DNA of 14,716 nucleotides from Chthoniobacteraceae bacterium (lineage in GTDB: Bacteria; Verrucomicrobiota; Verrucomicrobiia; Chthoniobacterales; Chthoniobacteraceae): contig JANNWY010000202.1 in NCBI GenBank assembly GCA_031409335.1, forward strand, positions 1-14,716. The letters run 5' to 3'. Below the pieces are notes generated by a model. That model saw only the letters and a program-made list of their open reading frames with translations, was not told the origin of the DNA and searched no databases. Made by a program: the position numbers and the translations under genes. Shown here piece by piece: positions 1 to 8,147 of the stretch; positions within the stretch are counted from its first letter, which is position 1, and each line of letters opens with the position of its first letter.

Positions 1-716
1 GGTGCCTCGCGCCGAACCCATCCACCACGGCCATCCGCGACGTTCATGTGTGAAACGACGATTCGTTCGCGCGCCGTTTTCGCGAGCGTCCACGCGGAGC
101 TTTTCATTCCGAGCGGATCGAGCAGATGCGCGCGCTGATACTCTTCAAAAGGCTGGCCCGTGACGCGCTCGACGACGTAACCGGCAATGCTCGCGGCGAA
201 ATTCGAGTAGCGCGTTTTCTCACCGGGCCGCGTGGCGAGCACACCGCCAGAAATGCTCGCCACCGTTGCCGCGAGGGTCGGTTGCGACGGATCGAAGTAA
301 CCGCCGACCGCCGCCTCGCGCTGAAGACCGCTACGATGGCAAAGCATTTGCCGGAGCGTGACGGCGGGCGCTTCGGGAAATGGATTCAGCGGCAAGAGGT
401 CCGCGCCGTAGGTTTGCAGCGGCGCGTCGAGATCGAGCTTCCCCGCCTCGACCTGCTGCATCACGGCGAGCGCGTTGAAGAGCTTTGAGATGCTGCCGCA
501 GCGGAAGACGGAATCGCGTTTCGCCTCGCCGAATCCAGCCGCGTGAACAACCTGCTGATCGTCCACGAGGGCAATCGCAACGCCGCCGATTTCCCACTCG
601 CGCATTTCCTCGCGGATCACGGCTTCGAGTTTCGGAACGATCGCGGAATAGTCAGCGGCAGGCATCGGGAGCGTGGTGAAAAGGGCGGTGCAGAACGCGA
701 ACGGGCGAAAGTTCAT
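1..716 (-). CDS. Serine hydrolase, beta-lactamase class C/AmpC-like family (PF00144-like); 3' end lies beyond the left edge of the window
   Basis: Translated by hand from ATG at 716: MNFRPFAFCTALFTTLPMPAADYSAIVPKLEAVIREEMREWEIGGVAIALVDDQ...FRCGSISKLF (SxxK)...LDLDAP...TLRQMLCHRSGL...PGEKTRYSN (YxN)...LLDPLGM. The frame is open to base 1, and the N-terminus is signal-peptide-like. Confidence 0.92.
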   Translation of the reverse strand, partial: MNFRPFAFCTALFTTLPMPAADYSAIVPKLEAVIREEMREWEIGGVAIALVDDQQVVHAAGFGEAKRDSVFRCGSISKLFNALAVMQQVEAGKLDLDAPLQTYGADLLPLNPFPEAPAVTLRQMLCHRSGLQREAAVGGYFDPSQPTLAATVASISGGVLATRPGEKTRYSNFAASIAGYVVERVTGQPFEEYQRAHLLDPLGMKSSAWTLAKTARERIVVSHMNVADGRGGWVRREA

Positions 717-787
717 GAGTGAGGTGAAGTGTGTCGTCGATCCGCGCTTGCGGTTCCGAAGCGTGCTGCAACGCTGCGGTTCCAGCG

Positions 788-1894
788 ATGAAGTTTACAT
801 GCCAACTGTCCCTCGCTCTCGGAATGTTCGCCGCATTTTCCGCGCTCGCCGAGACGCCGATGCGTTTCGTCGAAGTCGCGTCCGACGGGCGCGGCTTCGG
901 GTTCGCGGGGACGGAGCAGCGTTTCGTGCCGTGGGGTTTTAATTACGATCACGACCGGGCAAGTCGTTTGATCGAAGACTACTGGCTGACGGAGTGGGAC
1001 GCGGTGGCCGGGGATTTCCGCGAGATGAAGGCGCTGGGCGCAAACGTGGTGCGTGTGCATTTGCAATTTGGCCGCTTCTTTCCGCAGCCCGACAAACCCG
1101 ACGAAGCAAACGTGCGGCAGCTCGCGCGCCTGCTCGCGCTCGCGGAGGAGACGGGGCTTTACCTCGATGTCACCGGCCTCGGCTGCTACCGGAAAAGCGA
1201 TACGCCCGCGTGGTACGACGCGCTCGATGAAGCCGGACGCTGGCAGGCGCAGGCGAAGTTTTGGGAAACCATCGCCGCGACCTGCGCGCAGTCGCCCGCG
1301 GTCTTTTGCTACGACTTGATGAACGAGCCGGTCGCGCCTGCCGGCAGCGGCAAACCCGGCGCGTGGCTCGGCCCGCCGTTCGGCGGACCCGATGGATTTT
1401 GCTTCGTGCAATACATCTCGCGCGACCAGGCCGGGCGCGACCGCGCCGCGATTGCCGCGCGATGGATCGAGACGCTCGTCGCGGCGATCCGCAAGCACGA
1501 CAAAAAGCACCTCATCACCGTCGGCCTCGTGGATTGGAGCCTCGAACTTCCCGCCCGTCTTTACTCCGGCTTCGCGCCCGCGAAGATCGCCGCGCCGCTC
1601 GATTTCCTCTGCGTGCATCTTTACCCGCGCGAAGGCAAACTCGACGAAGACCTCGCCACGCTCGCGGCCTTTGCCAAAGCGGGAAAGCCGGTCGTGATCG
1701 AGGAAACTTTTCCGCTGAAAACATCGCTCGAGACGTTCGGAAAATTCATCGAAGCCTCGCGCAAGGACGCGGCGGGATGGCTGGGATTTTATTGGGGGAA
1801 AGCGCCTGCCGAGCTTGATCCGAAGGCGTCTATTCAAGATGCGCTGATGAAGATGTGGCTGGAGTATTTCCGCGCGCACGCGGAATCCGGGTAG
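788..1894 (+). CDS. Secreted glycoside hydrolase, clan GH-A, GH5/cellulase-like
   Basis: Signal peptide MKFTCQLSLALGMFAAFSALA from ATG 788, preferred over the track start at 731. Motifs WGFNY and MKALGANVVRVHL, acid/base YDLMNEP, DFLCVHLYP, nucleophile region KPVVIEE. Confidence 0.85.
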   Translation: MKFTCQLSLALGMFAAFSALAETPMRFVEVASDGRGFGFAGTEQRFVPWGFNYDHDRASRLIEDYWLTEWDAVAGDFREMKALGANVVRVHLQFGRFFPQPDKPDEANVRQLARLLALAEETGLYLDVTGLGCYRKSDTPAWYDALDEAGRWQAQAKFWETIAATCAQSPAVFCYDLMNEPVAPAGSGKPGAWLGPPFGGPDGFCFVQYISRDQAGRDRAAIAARWIETLVAAIRKHDKKHLITVGLVDWSLELPARLYSGFAPAKIAAPLDFLCVHLYPREGKLDEDLATLAAFAKAGKPVVIEETFPLKTSLETFGKFIEASRKDAAGWLGFYWGKAPAELDPKASIQDALMKMWLEYFRAHAESG

Positions 1895-2050
1895 CACATG
1901 CGTCCCGCGTGTTGGTCTTCGCGTCCCGCGGAGACGAACTTCCCTCACGCTTCGTTTCGGAGTTTGTTCACGAGTTCAGCATCGGCGCGGTAGGGAAGTT
2001 CGCGAAGGCGGGACGCCTTCGCCAGCACTCGGGACGAGTGCGCTCCCCAG
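1887..2050. repeat. REP/REPIN-like element: two ~59-bp imperfect inverted arms, each with two short hairpins
   Basis: Left arm 1887-1945 is ccggGTAGcacatgcg-tcc-cgcgtgttg-gtcttcgcg-tcc-cgcggagac-gaacttccct. The reverse complement of the right arm 1992-2050 is ctggGGAGcgcactcg-tcc-cgagtgctg-gcgaaggcg-tcc-cgccttcgc-gaacttccct. It fills the gap between two convergent genes. Confidence 0.85.
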
Positions 2051-2051
2051 A

Positions 2052-5000
2052 TCACTCCGCGATCCGCGCACCAATCGTGGACAACTCGACAAGGCGGTCC
2101 ATCTGCTGACCCGCAGCCCAGCAGATGCCGCGGAAAGCGAGCACTCGGAAGAGCGGGTCGTCGAAGGTCCAGTTGTAGTGGCCGGGGATCGAGACGAAGA
2201 CGCGACCGCCGCCTTGCTCGCGCGTCCAGAGCTGCGGACGCGGGGCGTTTTCCTCGATCGCGCTGGCGATGAGTTGCAGGCGCCTTTCATCCCCGCGCAG
2301 GCTCCAATAAGTTTCATCGACGAGACTCAGCGGCGGCAGCCCGGCGGTGAGCGGATGCGGGGCGAGCGTAAAATCGACCGCACCGTGGCGATACTTCGTC
2401 ATGCTTTGCACTGAGGCGAGGCCGATGCGGTCGGCGAGAAGATCGCCTGCACCGTGGCCTTCGACGGCCCAGTGGAAAAACGCGACGCCTTTTCCGCGCG
2501 CGAGGAAGGCGTCGAGTTCGGGCGCGCGGTTCGCGTTCCAGCCGGGGTTGTTGGAAAAAAAGACGACAACATCCGCGCTCTGCCATTGCCCCGCGCTGGG
2601 CCACACGGAAGCGGTGCTGACTTCCACGCCATCCGCCAGCGCGAGCAGCCGCGACCAGCGTTTTTTCCAAAGCGGATAGTCGTGCTCGCCGGGGCCGTGA
2701 TCCTTCGGGCCGTCGCAGAGGACGATCTGCATTGCGGATTGCGGATTGCGGATTGCGGATTGATCGCGAGTGGCCGCGATTTGTTTCAGCAACGCTTCGA
2801 CTTCGGCGCGCTTTCTCGGCGGCGGCGGATTTGGGGCTTGGATCGGCGCGGGCTCCATCGGCGGGATGAGCAGGTAGGTGAGAAGATCGCGCTGCTCGTC
2901 TTGCGAGAGTGCTTCGAGCAGGCCAGGCGGCATGAGCGAGATGGGGAGCGCTTGCGTGGATTTGATTTCACTCCGCGCGAGTTCGCGAATTTTTCCGGTC
3001 GCGTCGGCGTAGCGATTTTCGCCGGCCATCACGGCGGTGAAGGCGTCGCCGACTTTCGGCTCGATGAGATACGCGAGGTGGTCGGGATTCAGCGCGGCGC
3101 TCGGTTCGCGGATGTCGCGCACCACGCTCGCGTAGTCGCGCTGCGTGAGATTTCCGAGGTCCGGCCCGGCGTGTCCGCCTTCGTCGCGCATCGTGTGGCA
3201 GGTCGCGCACATCGCTTTTCCAAAATACAGCTTCCGCCCGCGAAGCCAGTTGCCGCCTTGGATCTCGGGCACTTCGCGGTCGGTGATCAGCTTCGCCGGT
3301 TCCGCGTGCGGCTTCGCCCACGGCAGCAGGAGGCGGCGCAGCGGCATCGCGCGCGAGCGCGGATCGGCGTCGGTGCTCCACATCATTCTGGGCCAATCTC
3401 CGAAATCGCCCGTCGCAAAACTCGCCTCAAAGGGCAGCCATTCTCCGCGTCTCGCTTCGCCCTCTTTTTTCCATCCGCCAAAAACGACCGAGACTTTTTC
3501 CACCGCTGGCTCGTAGTCGAGCGTCGCACCGGGCTGCACCGCGGGATGCAACATTTGCCAGATGTCGATTTGCCCGCGCAGCGTCATCGTGCCGGCTTTC
3601 TGGATGAGCGCGAAAAGCCGCGCGTGCGCGGCGCTCGGCTCCATGAGCTTGCGCGCCACCGCCAGATCGGGATGCGGCAGCCAGCCTTTCCACTTCGCGC
3701 CATCTGTGCCGGTCCATTCGGCATCGAGGCCTGAGAGGTCACTCGCAAGATCGAGGCCGTTGGGCAGCGTGAGCGCGTAGTTCACCGCTGCGGCGCGCGG
3801 CGCGGTGGTGAGCAAAATTTCACGCCGATCCGCGCTCAGCGCCGCACCGAGCACCGGCACGTCGAAACGCGGTTCGGCCAGTTGATCTTTCACCACTTGA
3901 TAGCCGGGGCGGAACGACTCGAAGCGATCACCCGCGCTGACGAATAAACCCTGCGTGATGGCGGTTTGCTTCGCGAGATCGCGGAACTTCGCGAGATCGA
4001 GTTCGCGGTCGAAGGCGACGCGCAGTTCCGTCGGACTCGCGCTCCACGCGGCCACGGGTTGCGGCGCATTTTTTGCAGTGTACGTGATTTTGAAAATCTT
4101 CCCCGCACCCTGCGGCCCCGTGCCCCAATCCGGTCCGCCGCTGTGGCAGGTCACGAGTAAATCGCCGCGCGGCGAGAGCGCCGCATCGACCGGGAGCATC
4201 GAGAGCGCGGCCAGGAGCTGGTTTTGCGCGACATAACCCGAATGCGTTTTCACCAGTTTGGTCCGCCACAATTTTCCACGCGATTCGCCGGTCACGAGCG
4301 CGTCGCCTTTCCACCAGGACGGGCCGAATTGGAGGTTCGACGGGCTGGAAGCCTGTTCCACTACTTCGTTGAAGACGAAGCCGCACGCGGACTGATGCTG
4401 CGGGCCGTAGTCGAAGACGCTCGGCTCGTCGATCACGCCGGGGAGCCACTTCGGGTGCATCGGCGGGAAGCCGTAGTGCCGGCCCGGCTGGATGTGGACG
4501 AGTTCGTCGAATGCGTTCCCGTTCGCGAGCCAAGTCGCGCCTTCCTGCTCGGTCATAAACAAATCGCCCCACGCATTGAACGCCGCGCCGACGGGATAGC
4601 GGATGCCGGTGCAGACGGTTTCGCGTTTTGAAAAATCCGCCGAGACGCGCTGCACGGTGCCGCGCTCGGTCGCGAGTTTGAAAGCGGAGGTCTCCTTTTT
4701 TGCGTCGAGCAGATAGGCGTTGTTGTAGGCGCTGACGCCGAGGCCGAAATACAAATCGCCATCGCGATCCATCGTGAGCCCGAGCGCATCGACGATGCCG
4801 CCACCACCACCCGCGACCTGCTTTTCCCAGCCGCTCGCGATGACGCGCTGCTCGTCGCCGCGGCCGTCGCCGTCTTTGTCCGGGATGAAAAGGATGCGGC
4901 CCTGCGTGGCGACGAAGACGCCTTCGCCGCGCGGATCATTCGGCAGCGTGAGCGTCATTCCGATCACACCTTTCAAATCCGCGCTTTCCCAATACAGCGT

Positions 5001-6029
5001 CGCCTTGTCTTCGAGTCCGTCGCCATCGGTGTCGCGCAGCAGCCAGATTTTTCCGTTGTAAGCGCCGGCGACGAGCGTGCCATCGGCGCGGTAGCGGAGG
5101 CAGTCGATGTTCGTGAGTTCGACGGGCAATTTCTTCACCGAAAAACCCGGCACGAACATTTGCACGGGCGGCGGATCTTTCACGGGAACGAGCGGCGTCG
5201 CGCCGGTGATCGCTTTGAGCCCGCTGTGTTTTGCGACGAGGTAACGCTCCACTTTTGCGCGGTCGTCGTCATTCAGCGCGCGGTTGAAAACGAGCACTTC
5301 CGCGATGTCGCCATCGAACGGACTCGCGGCGGCGACGGGGTCCGCGCTGTTGGAGTAAAGCCGCCCGCCGATCAGGAGTGCGTCGATTTTCATCGAAGAC
5401 GGCGCGCGATCGCGGCTGCCCTGCGGCGTGCCATCGAGAAAAAGGCGCACACCTTTCGCGCGCGGCTCGCTGATGAATCCGAAGACGTGAAACGTGCCGA
5501 AGTCGAGTTGCGTCGAGAGCAAATTCCGCTCGCCACCGAAGCCAGCGCCCTCGGCATTCAGCACGCTGAACGTCGGCGTCCCGCGTCCGCCGAGATCGAG
5601 GTTGAAGCCGGTTTGGAAATCATTACGCGTGAACTCCGCACCCGAAATGAGCGCGCGAAAGACGCCGGGATTCGCGCGCGGCGCGGCGACTACGAAGACG
5701 GAAGCGCTTTGCAAATCCACGCCCATATTCGCACCCAGCCAGTCATCCTTTCCATCAAAGCGCACGAACGCTCCACCCGTCGCCATTTGCCAAACCGGCA
5801 TCGCATCGCGGGTGCGCTGCGCGACGTGATGGCCAGTCCCGGAGCCATCGAGCCATACATCGAGCGGGCCGCCTGCTGGAGCCAGCTTGCGCGCATCCCG
5901 AGCCGCGGGTTGGCGGGCGGCGTCGAGCCAGAGGAGCACGTCGTCTTTCACCGGCAACTTTTGATCCGCCCACGGTTCGATGGCAAACGAGGACGAGACA
6001 AGAAGGCAGCAAATGGCGGGGACTTTCAT
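2052..6029 (-). CDS. 1325-aa secreted multidomain protein: LamG/concanavalin-like, PVC-type dehydrogenase-like beta-propeller, heme c CxxCH domain, C-terminal ThuA-like domain
   Basis: Likely start MKVPAICCLLVSSSFA (signal peptide, ATG 6029); the track's extra 55 N-terminal residues look non-coding. LamG: LLWLDAA...FDGKDDWL...FDGDIAEVLVFNRALNDDD. Propeller: VPGFSV, LRDTDGDGLEDK, DKDGDGRGD, GIRYPVGAAFN. Cytochrome: CATCHT (CxxCH at 3195-3209), GPDL, SLMPPGL. ThuA: GPKDHGPGEHDY, DETYW, GGRVFVSIPGH, RGICWAAG. Confidence 0.88.
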   Translation of the reverse strand: MKVPAICCLLVSSSFAIEPWADQKLPVKDDVLLWLDAARQPAARDARKLAPAGGPLDVWLDGSGTGHHVAQRTRDAMPVWQMATGGAFVRFDGKDDWLGANMGVDLQSASVFVVAAPRANPGVFRALISGAEFTRNDFQTGFNLDLGGRGTPTFSVLNAEGAGFGGERNLLSTQLDFGTFHVFGFISEPRAKGVRLFLDGTPQGSRDRAPSSMKIDALLIGGRLYSNSADPVAAASPFDGDIAEVLVFNRALNDDDRAKVERYLVAKHSGLKAITGATPLVPVKDPPPVQMFVPGFSVKKLPVELTNIDCLRYRADGTLVAGAYNGKIWLLRDTDGDGLEDKATLYWESADLKGVIGMTLTLPNDPRGEGVFVATQGRILFIPDKDGDGRGDEQRVIASGWEKQVAGGGGGIVDALGLTMDRDGDLYFGLGVSAYNNAYLLDAKKETSAFKLATERGTVQRVSADFSKRETVCTGIRYPVGAAFNAWGDLFMTEQEGATWLANGNAFDELVHIQPGRHYGFPPMHPKWLPGVIDEPSVFDYGPQHQSACGFVFNEVVEQASSPSNLQFGPSWWKGDALVTGESRGKLWRTKLVKTHSGYVAQNQLLAALSMLPVDAALSPRGDLLVTCHSGGPDWGTGPQGAGKIFKITYTAKNAPQPVAAWSASPTELRVAFDRELDLAKFRDLAKQTAITQGLFVSAGDRFESFRPGYQVVKDQLAEPRFDVPVLGAALSADRREILLTTAPRAAAVNYALTLPNGLDLASDLSGLDAEWTGTDGAKWKGWLPHPDLAVARKLMEPSAAHARLFALIQKAGTMTLRGQIDIWQMLHPAVQPGATLDYEPAVEKVSVVFGGWKKEGEARRGEWLPFEASFATGDFGDWPRMMWSTDADPRSRAMPLRRLLLPWAKPHAEPAKLITDREVPEIQGGNWLRGRKLYFGKAMCATCHTMRDEGGHAGPDLGNLTQRDYASVVRDIREPSAALNPDHLAYLIEPKVGDAFTAVMAGENRYADATGKIRELARSEIKSTQALPISLMPPGLLEALSQDEQRDLLTYLLIPPMEPAPIQAPNPPPPRKRAEVEALLKQIAATRDQSAIRNPQSAMQIVLCDGPKDHGPGEHDYPLWKKRWSRLLALADGVEVSTASVWPSAGQWQSADVVVFFSNNPGWNANRAPELDAFLARGKGVAFFHWAVEGHGAGDLLADRIGLASVQSMTKYRHGAVDFTLAPHPLTAGLPPLSLVDETYWSLRGDERRLQLIASAIEENAPRPQLWTREQGGGRVFVSIPGHYNWTFDDPLFRVLAFRGICWAAGQQMDRLVELSTIGARIAE
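2731..2762. repeat. Heptamer tandem repeat (ATTGCGG)x4 plus ATTG inside the large CDS
   Basis: attgcgg attgcgg attgcgg attgcgg attg. On the coding strand it reads (CAATCCG)4-CAATG and encodes QSAIRNPQSAM in the cytochrome-ThuA linker. Confidence 0.95.
4339..4364 (-). repeat. Probable single REP-like palindrome embedded in frame in the large CDS
   Basis: Minus strand gtagtggaacaggc-ttcca-gcccgtc: a GTAG/GTGG tag, then an acaggc/gcccgt stem with one mismatch. Encodes VVEQASSPS. Confidence 0.5.
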
Positions 6030-6190
6030 GGCGGGGATCGAGATAACAGATCGCGCGAAATGTAACACGGGCTTTCCTCTTCGGCCTGCGCGGAGCCTTG
6101 AACCCTTCGGCCATGATCGCGGCGGCGGATGGCTTGTCGAAACGCCAATCTTTGGCCCAACCCATCGGCACGCGGCGTAGCCCACACGGA

Positions 6191-7156
6191 TCAATGCCGG
6201 ATCAGCTTATCGACGAGGAAGGACTCCGCCGCATTTCGCGCTTCGGGCGGATAAGCGTGGCCGGCGCCGTGGAGCAGCCAGCCCAGCGAATCGGGAGGAA
6301 AATGCGGTCGAACCGCGTCGAGAAAACGCGCGCTGGCCGCGCTGTCGGCCCCGTCTTTTCCTCCACCGGCGATGAGCAGGAAGGCACGCGGTGCGATGAG
6401 CGCGAGCAATTCGTGATGCTCCCTCGGGGACGCCTCGGGCCGTTCACCCAGATACCAAATGGCTTCCCAATTGCTCATCGCGCGACCAATCCCGCCTTCG
6501 CTGAAAACCGCGGCCTTCACCCGCGGATCAAACGCGGCAACGTACAGCACCGCCTTGGCTCCGAGTGAGTGACCGACAACGCCGAGCCTGCTCGCATCGA
6601 CTGCCTCCAGCGACGCGAGATAGTCCAGCGCGCGGATTCCGTCCCACGTCATCCGCGTGATGCCGCGCCAGCCGGGGTGATGCCTCTTCATTTGCTTGAC
6701 GGGCGTCGCATAGTCCGGGCCATCGCCGAAGATGAAGCACCGCGGGCACAGCACGGCAAACCCCCGCTCGGCAAGGTGCGGACCCATCATCTTGCCCGGC
6801 GCTGTGGCATCGTAGCCGGCGACCTGCGCGTAGTGCGCCGCGAGGGTGGGATGAAACACGACGACGCCCGGCACTTTGCCGCGCGCCTGTTTCGGCAGGA
6901 AAAGCACAGCATCAATCTCGACCCCAGGCTCGATGACGTAAGCGACCTTGCGGCGCGTGTAGTTTGGAAAATCATTACCCTCATCAAGCCAGCGAGCCGC
7001 GAGCGCGGCCTTCTCGGCGGGCAGGGTGCCGAGGTATTCGAGCCATTGCTCGCGGAGTCGGGGAATCTGATCCGCCGCGATGGGTGCAGGCTCTCCGGCG
7101 AAAAGTGGCATCGCGATTCCGAGAAGTGTGCGAAACAGAACGACTGTGGGATTCAT
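6191..7156 (-). CDS. Alpha/beta hydrolase, dienelactone hydrolase/acetyl esterase-like, probably exported
   Basis: Nucleophile elbow GHSLG in RLGVVGHSLGAK, WDGIRALDYL, LLALIAPRAFL, candidate catalytic Asp (KDGAD) and His (GAGHAYP), hydrophobic N-terminus. Confidence 0.88.
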   Translation of the reverse strand: MNPTVVLFRTLLGIAMPLFAGEPAPIAADQIPRLREQWLEYLGTLPAEKAALAARWLDEGNDFPNYTRRKVAYVIEPGVEIDAVLFLPKQARGKVPGVVVFHPTLAAHYAQVAGYDATAPGKMMGPHLAERGFAVLCPRCFIFGDGPDYATPVKQMKRHHPGWRGITRMTWDGIRALDYLASLEAVDASRLGVVGHSLGAKAVLYVAAFDPRVKAAVFSEGGIGRAMSNWEAIWYLGERPEASPREHHELLALIAPRAFLLIAGGGKDGADSAASARFLDAVRPHFPPDSLGWLLHGAGHAYPPEARNAAESFLVDKLIRH

Positions 7157-7311
7157 GCTGGCTGATACTTATCGCTGTCCGCGCGCACACTCAACTCGCG
7201 ACAGCGAGCTGCGGCGCGGCAATACCGCGAATGGAGAACGGCTTGATATCGTGAATTCATTCTGCTGCACTCGCTGTCCAGCGATTCACCCCACACTCAA
7301 TCCACAATACT

Positions 7312-7593
7312 ATGAAAACACTGCACCTCGTCGCCCTCATCTTCGCCATGTCCCTCAGCGCTCATGCCGATACTCTCACACCTGCCAAGGACAGCACGCA
7401 AGCCACCGTGCTGCAAACGCAGGCCGGCAAACAGGTCGAGCTTCGTCTGAAATCCGGCGAGAAGATCAGCGGAAAGGTCGCTTTCGTCGGTGACAATGTC
7501 GTGCATCTCACCACGCTCACCGGCATGGAGATGTTCGAAGCCACCGTCTCGATCAGCGACATCAGCGCCGTCGTCGTTCGCACGGCGAAGTAA
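7312..7593 (+). CDS. Small secreted hypothetical protein (93 aa), possible Sm/LSm-like fold
   Basis: Sec signal MKTLHLVALIFAMSLSAHA with an AxA cleavage site. Mature GKQVELRLKSGEKISGKVAFVGDNVVHL resembles an Sm1 motif. GC-ending codons predominate. Confidence 0.8.
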   Translation: MKTLHLVALIFAMSLSAHADTLTPAKDSTQATVLQTQAGKQVELRLKSGEKISGKVAFVGDNVVHLTTLTGMEMFEATVSISDISAVVVRTAK

Positions 7594-7706
7594 GTAGGTA
7601 AGGCTGGTCCTTAACCTGGCGGAGCATCGCGGGCCGGTTCATCACCCGGGTGGGTGCCCTATGGAGAAGCCGGCCCCACCGAGAACGCCTTCTTTCCGCC
7701 GCTCCC

Positions 7707-8147
7707 ATGAACACGCTTTTCATCATCCTCCGAATCGTCACTGGCCTGACTTCGCTTAGCGCTTTCATCCTGCTGAGCCTCGTCCTGTTCATGCGCGACG
7801 CGGCATCGACCGCCAAGCAAGGCATGCAAGTGCTCGGCTACACCGCCAAGCTCTTTGGCACCGCCTTCACCGAAGGCACCGCGCCAAAGACGGAAGCCTG
7901 GGCAATCGGTCCCTGGCAGATCATGATCGGCGCGCTCGCACTCGCGATGTTCGTTTCGGTATTCACTCCAGGATCGCGATGGTTCCTGCACAGCGTCGGC
8001 GGGCTCGCCGCGCTCGTGATGGTCGGCTATGCACGGATGATTTTCGCCGGGGCGAGCCTGGAGATCGTCTGCCTGCCATTCCTTGTCGTGTGGTTCGGCT
8101 ACTACGCGATGTGCATATTCTGGCGCGGCGATGTCGGTGCACCATGA
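7707..8147 (+). CDS. Hypothetical integral membrane protein (146 aa, about 4 TM)
   Basis: From ATG 7707 (MNTLFIILRIVTGL...). About four hydrophobic stretches. Stop overlaps the next ATG (ATGA at 8144-8147). Confidence 0.72.
   Translation: MNTLFIILRIVTGLTSLSAFILLSLVLFMRDAASTAKQGMQVLGYTAKLFGTAFTEGTAPKTEAWAIGPWQIMIGALALAMFVSVFTPGSRWFLHSVGGLAALVMVGYARMIFAGASLEIVCLPFLVVWFGYYAMCIFWRGDVGAP

Noticed and set aside
126..679. Track ORFs 126-488, 331-597 and 485-679
   Set aside because: They overlap the serine hydrolase frame, which has clear SxxK and YxN motifs.
1..716. Antibiotic-resistance beta-lactamase call
   Set aside because: The motifs place it only in the broad serine hydrolase family, which includes esterases and peptidases, and the gene is incomplete.
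713..1948. 411-aa minus-strand ORF, and similar long ORFs at 2454-3734, 5160-6065, 7963-8781, 10669-11529, 11757-12665 and 13457-14359
   Set aside because: Antisense or alternate-frame shadows of well-supported genes in GC-rich DNA; Arg-rich or otherwise compositionally skewed, with no motifs.
6061..6067. TGTAACA matching the Pho-box half-site upstream of the large gene
   Set aside because: Single half-site with no partner at 11-bp spacing.
6030..6194. 55-aa N-terminal extension coupling the large gene to the alpha/beta hydrolase stop
   Set aside because: The extension is Arg/Pro-rich and would bury a clean signal peptide that begins at 6029.
6191..7156. CE15 glucuronoyl esterase assignment
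   Set aside because: The motif is GHSLGAK, lacking the Arg of the CE15 G-x-S-R-x-G-K signature.
7172..7300. tcgctgtc/gacagcga inverted repeat and repeated tcgctgtcc...cacactcaa as a riboswitch or ncRNA; TTGATA-17-TGCACT as a promoter
   Set aside because: Short matches with no recognisable RNA family, and the -10 lacks the conserved A.
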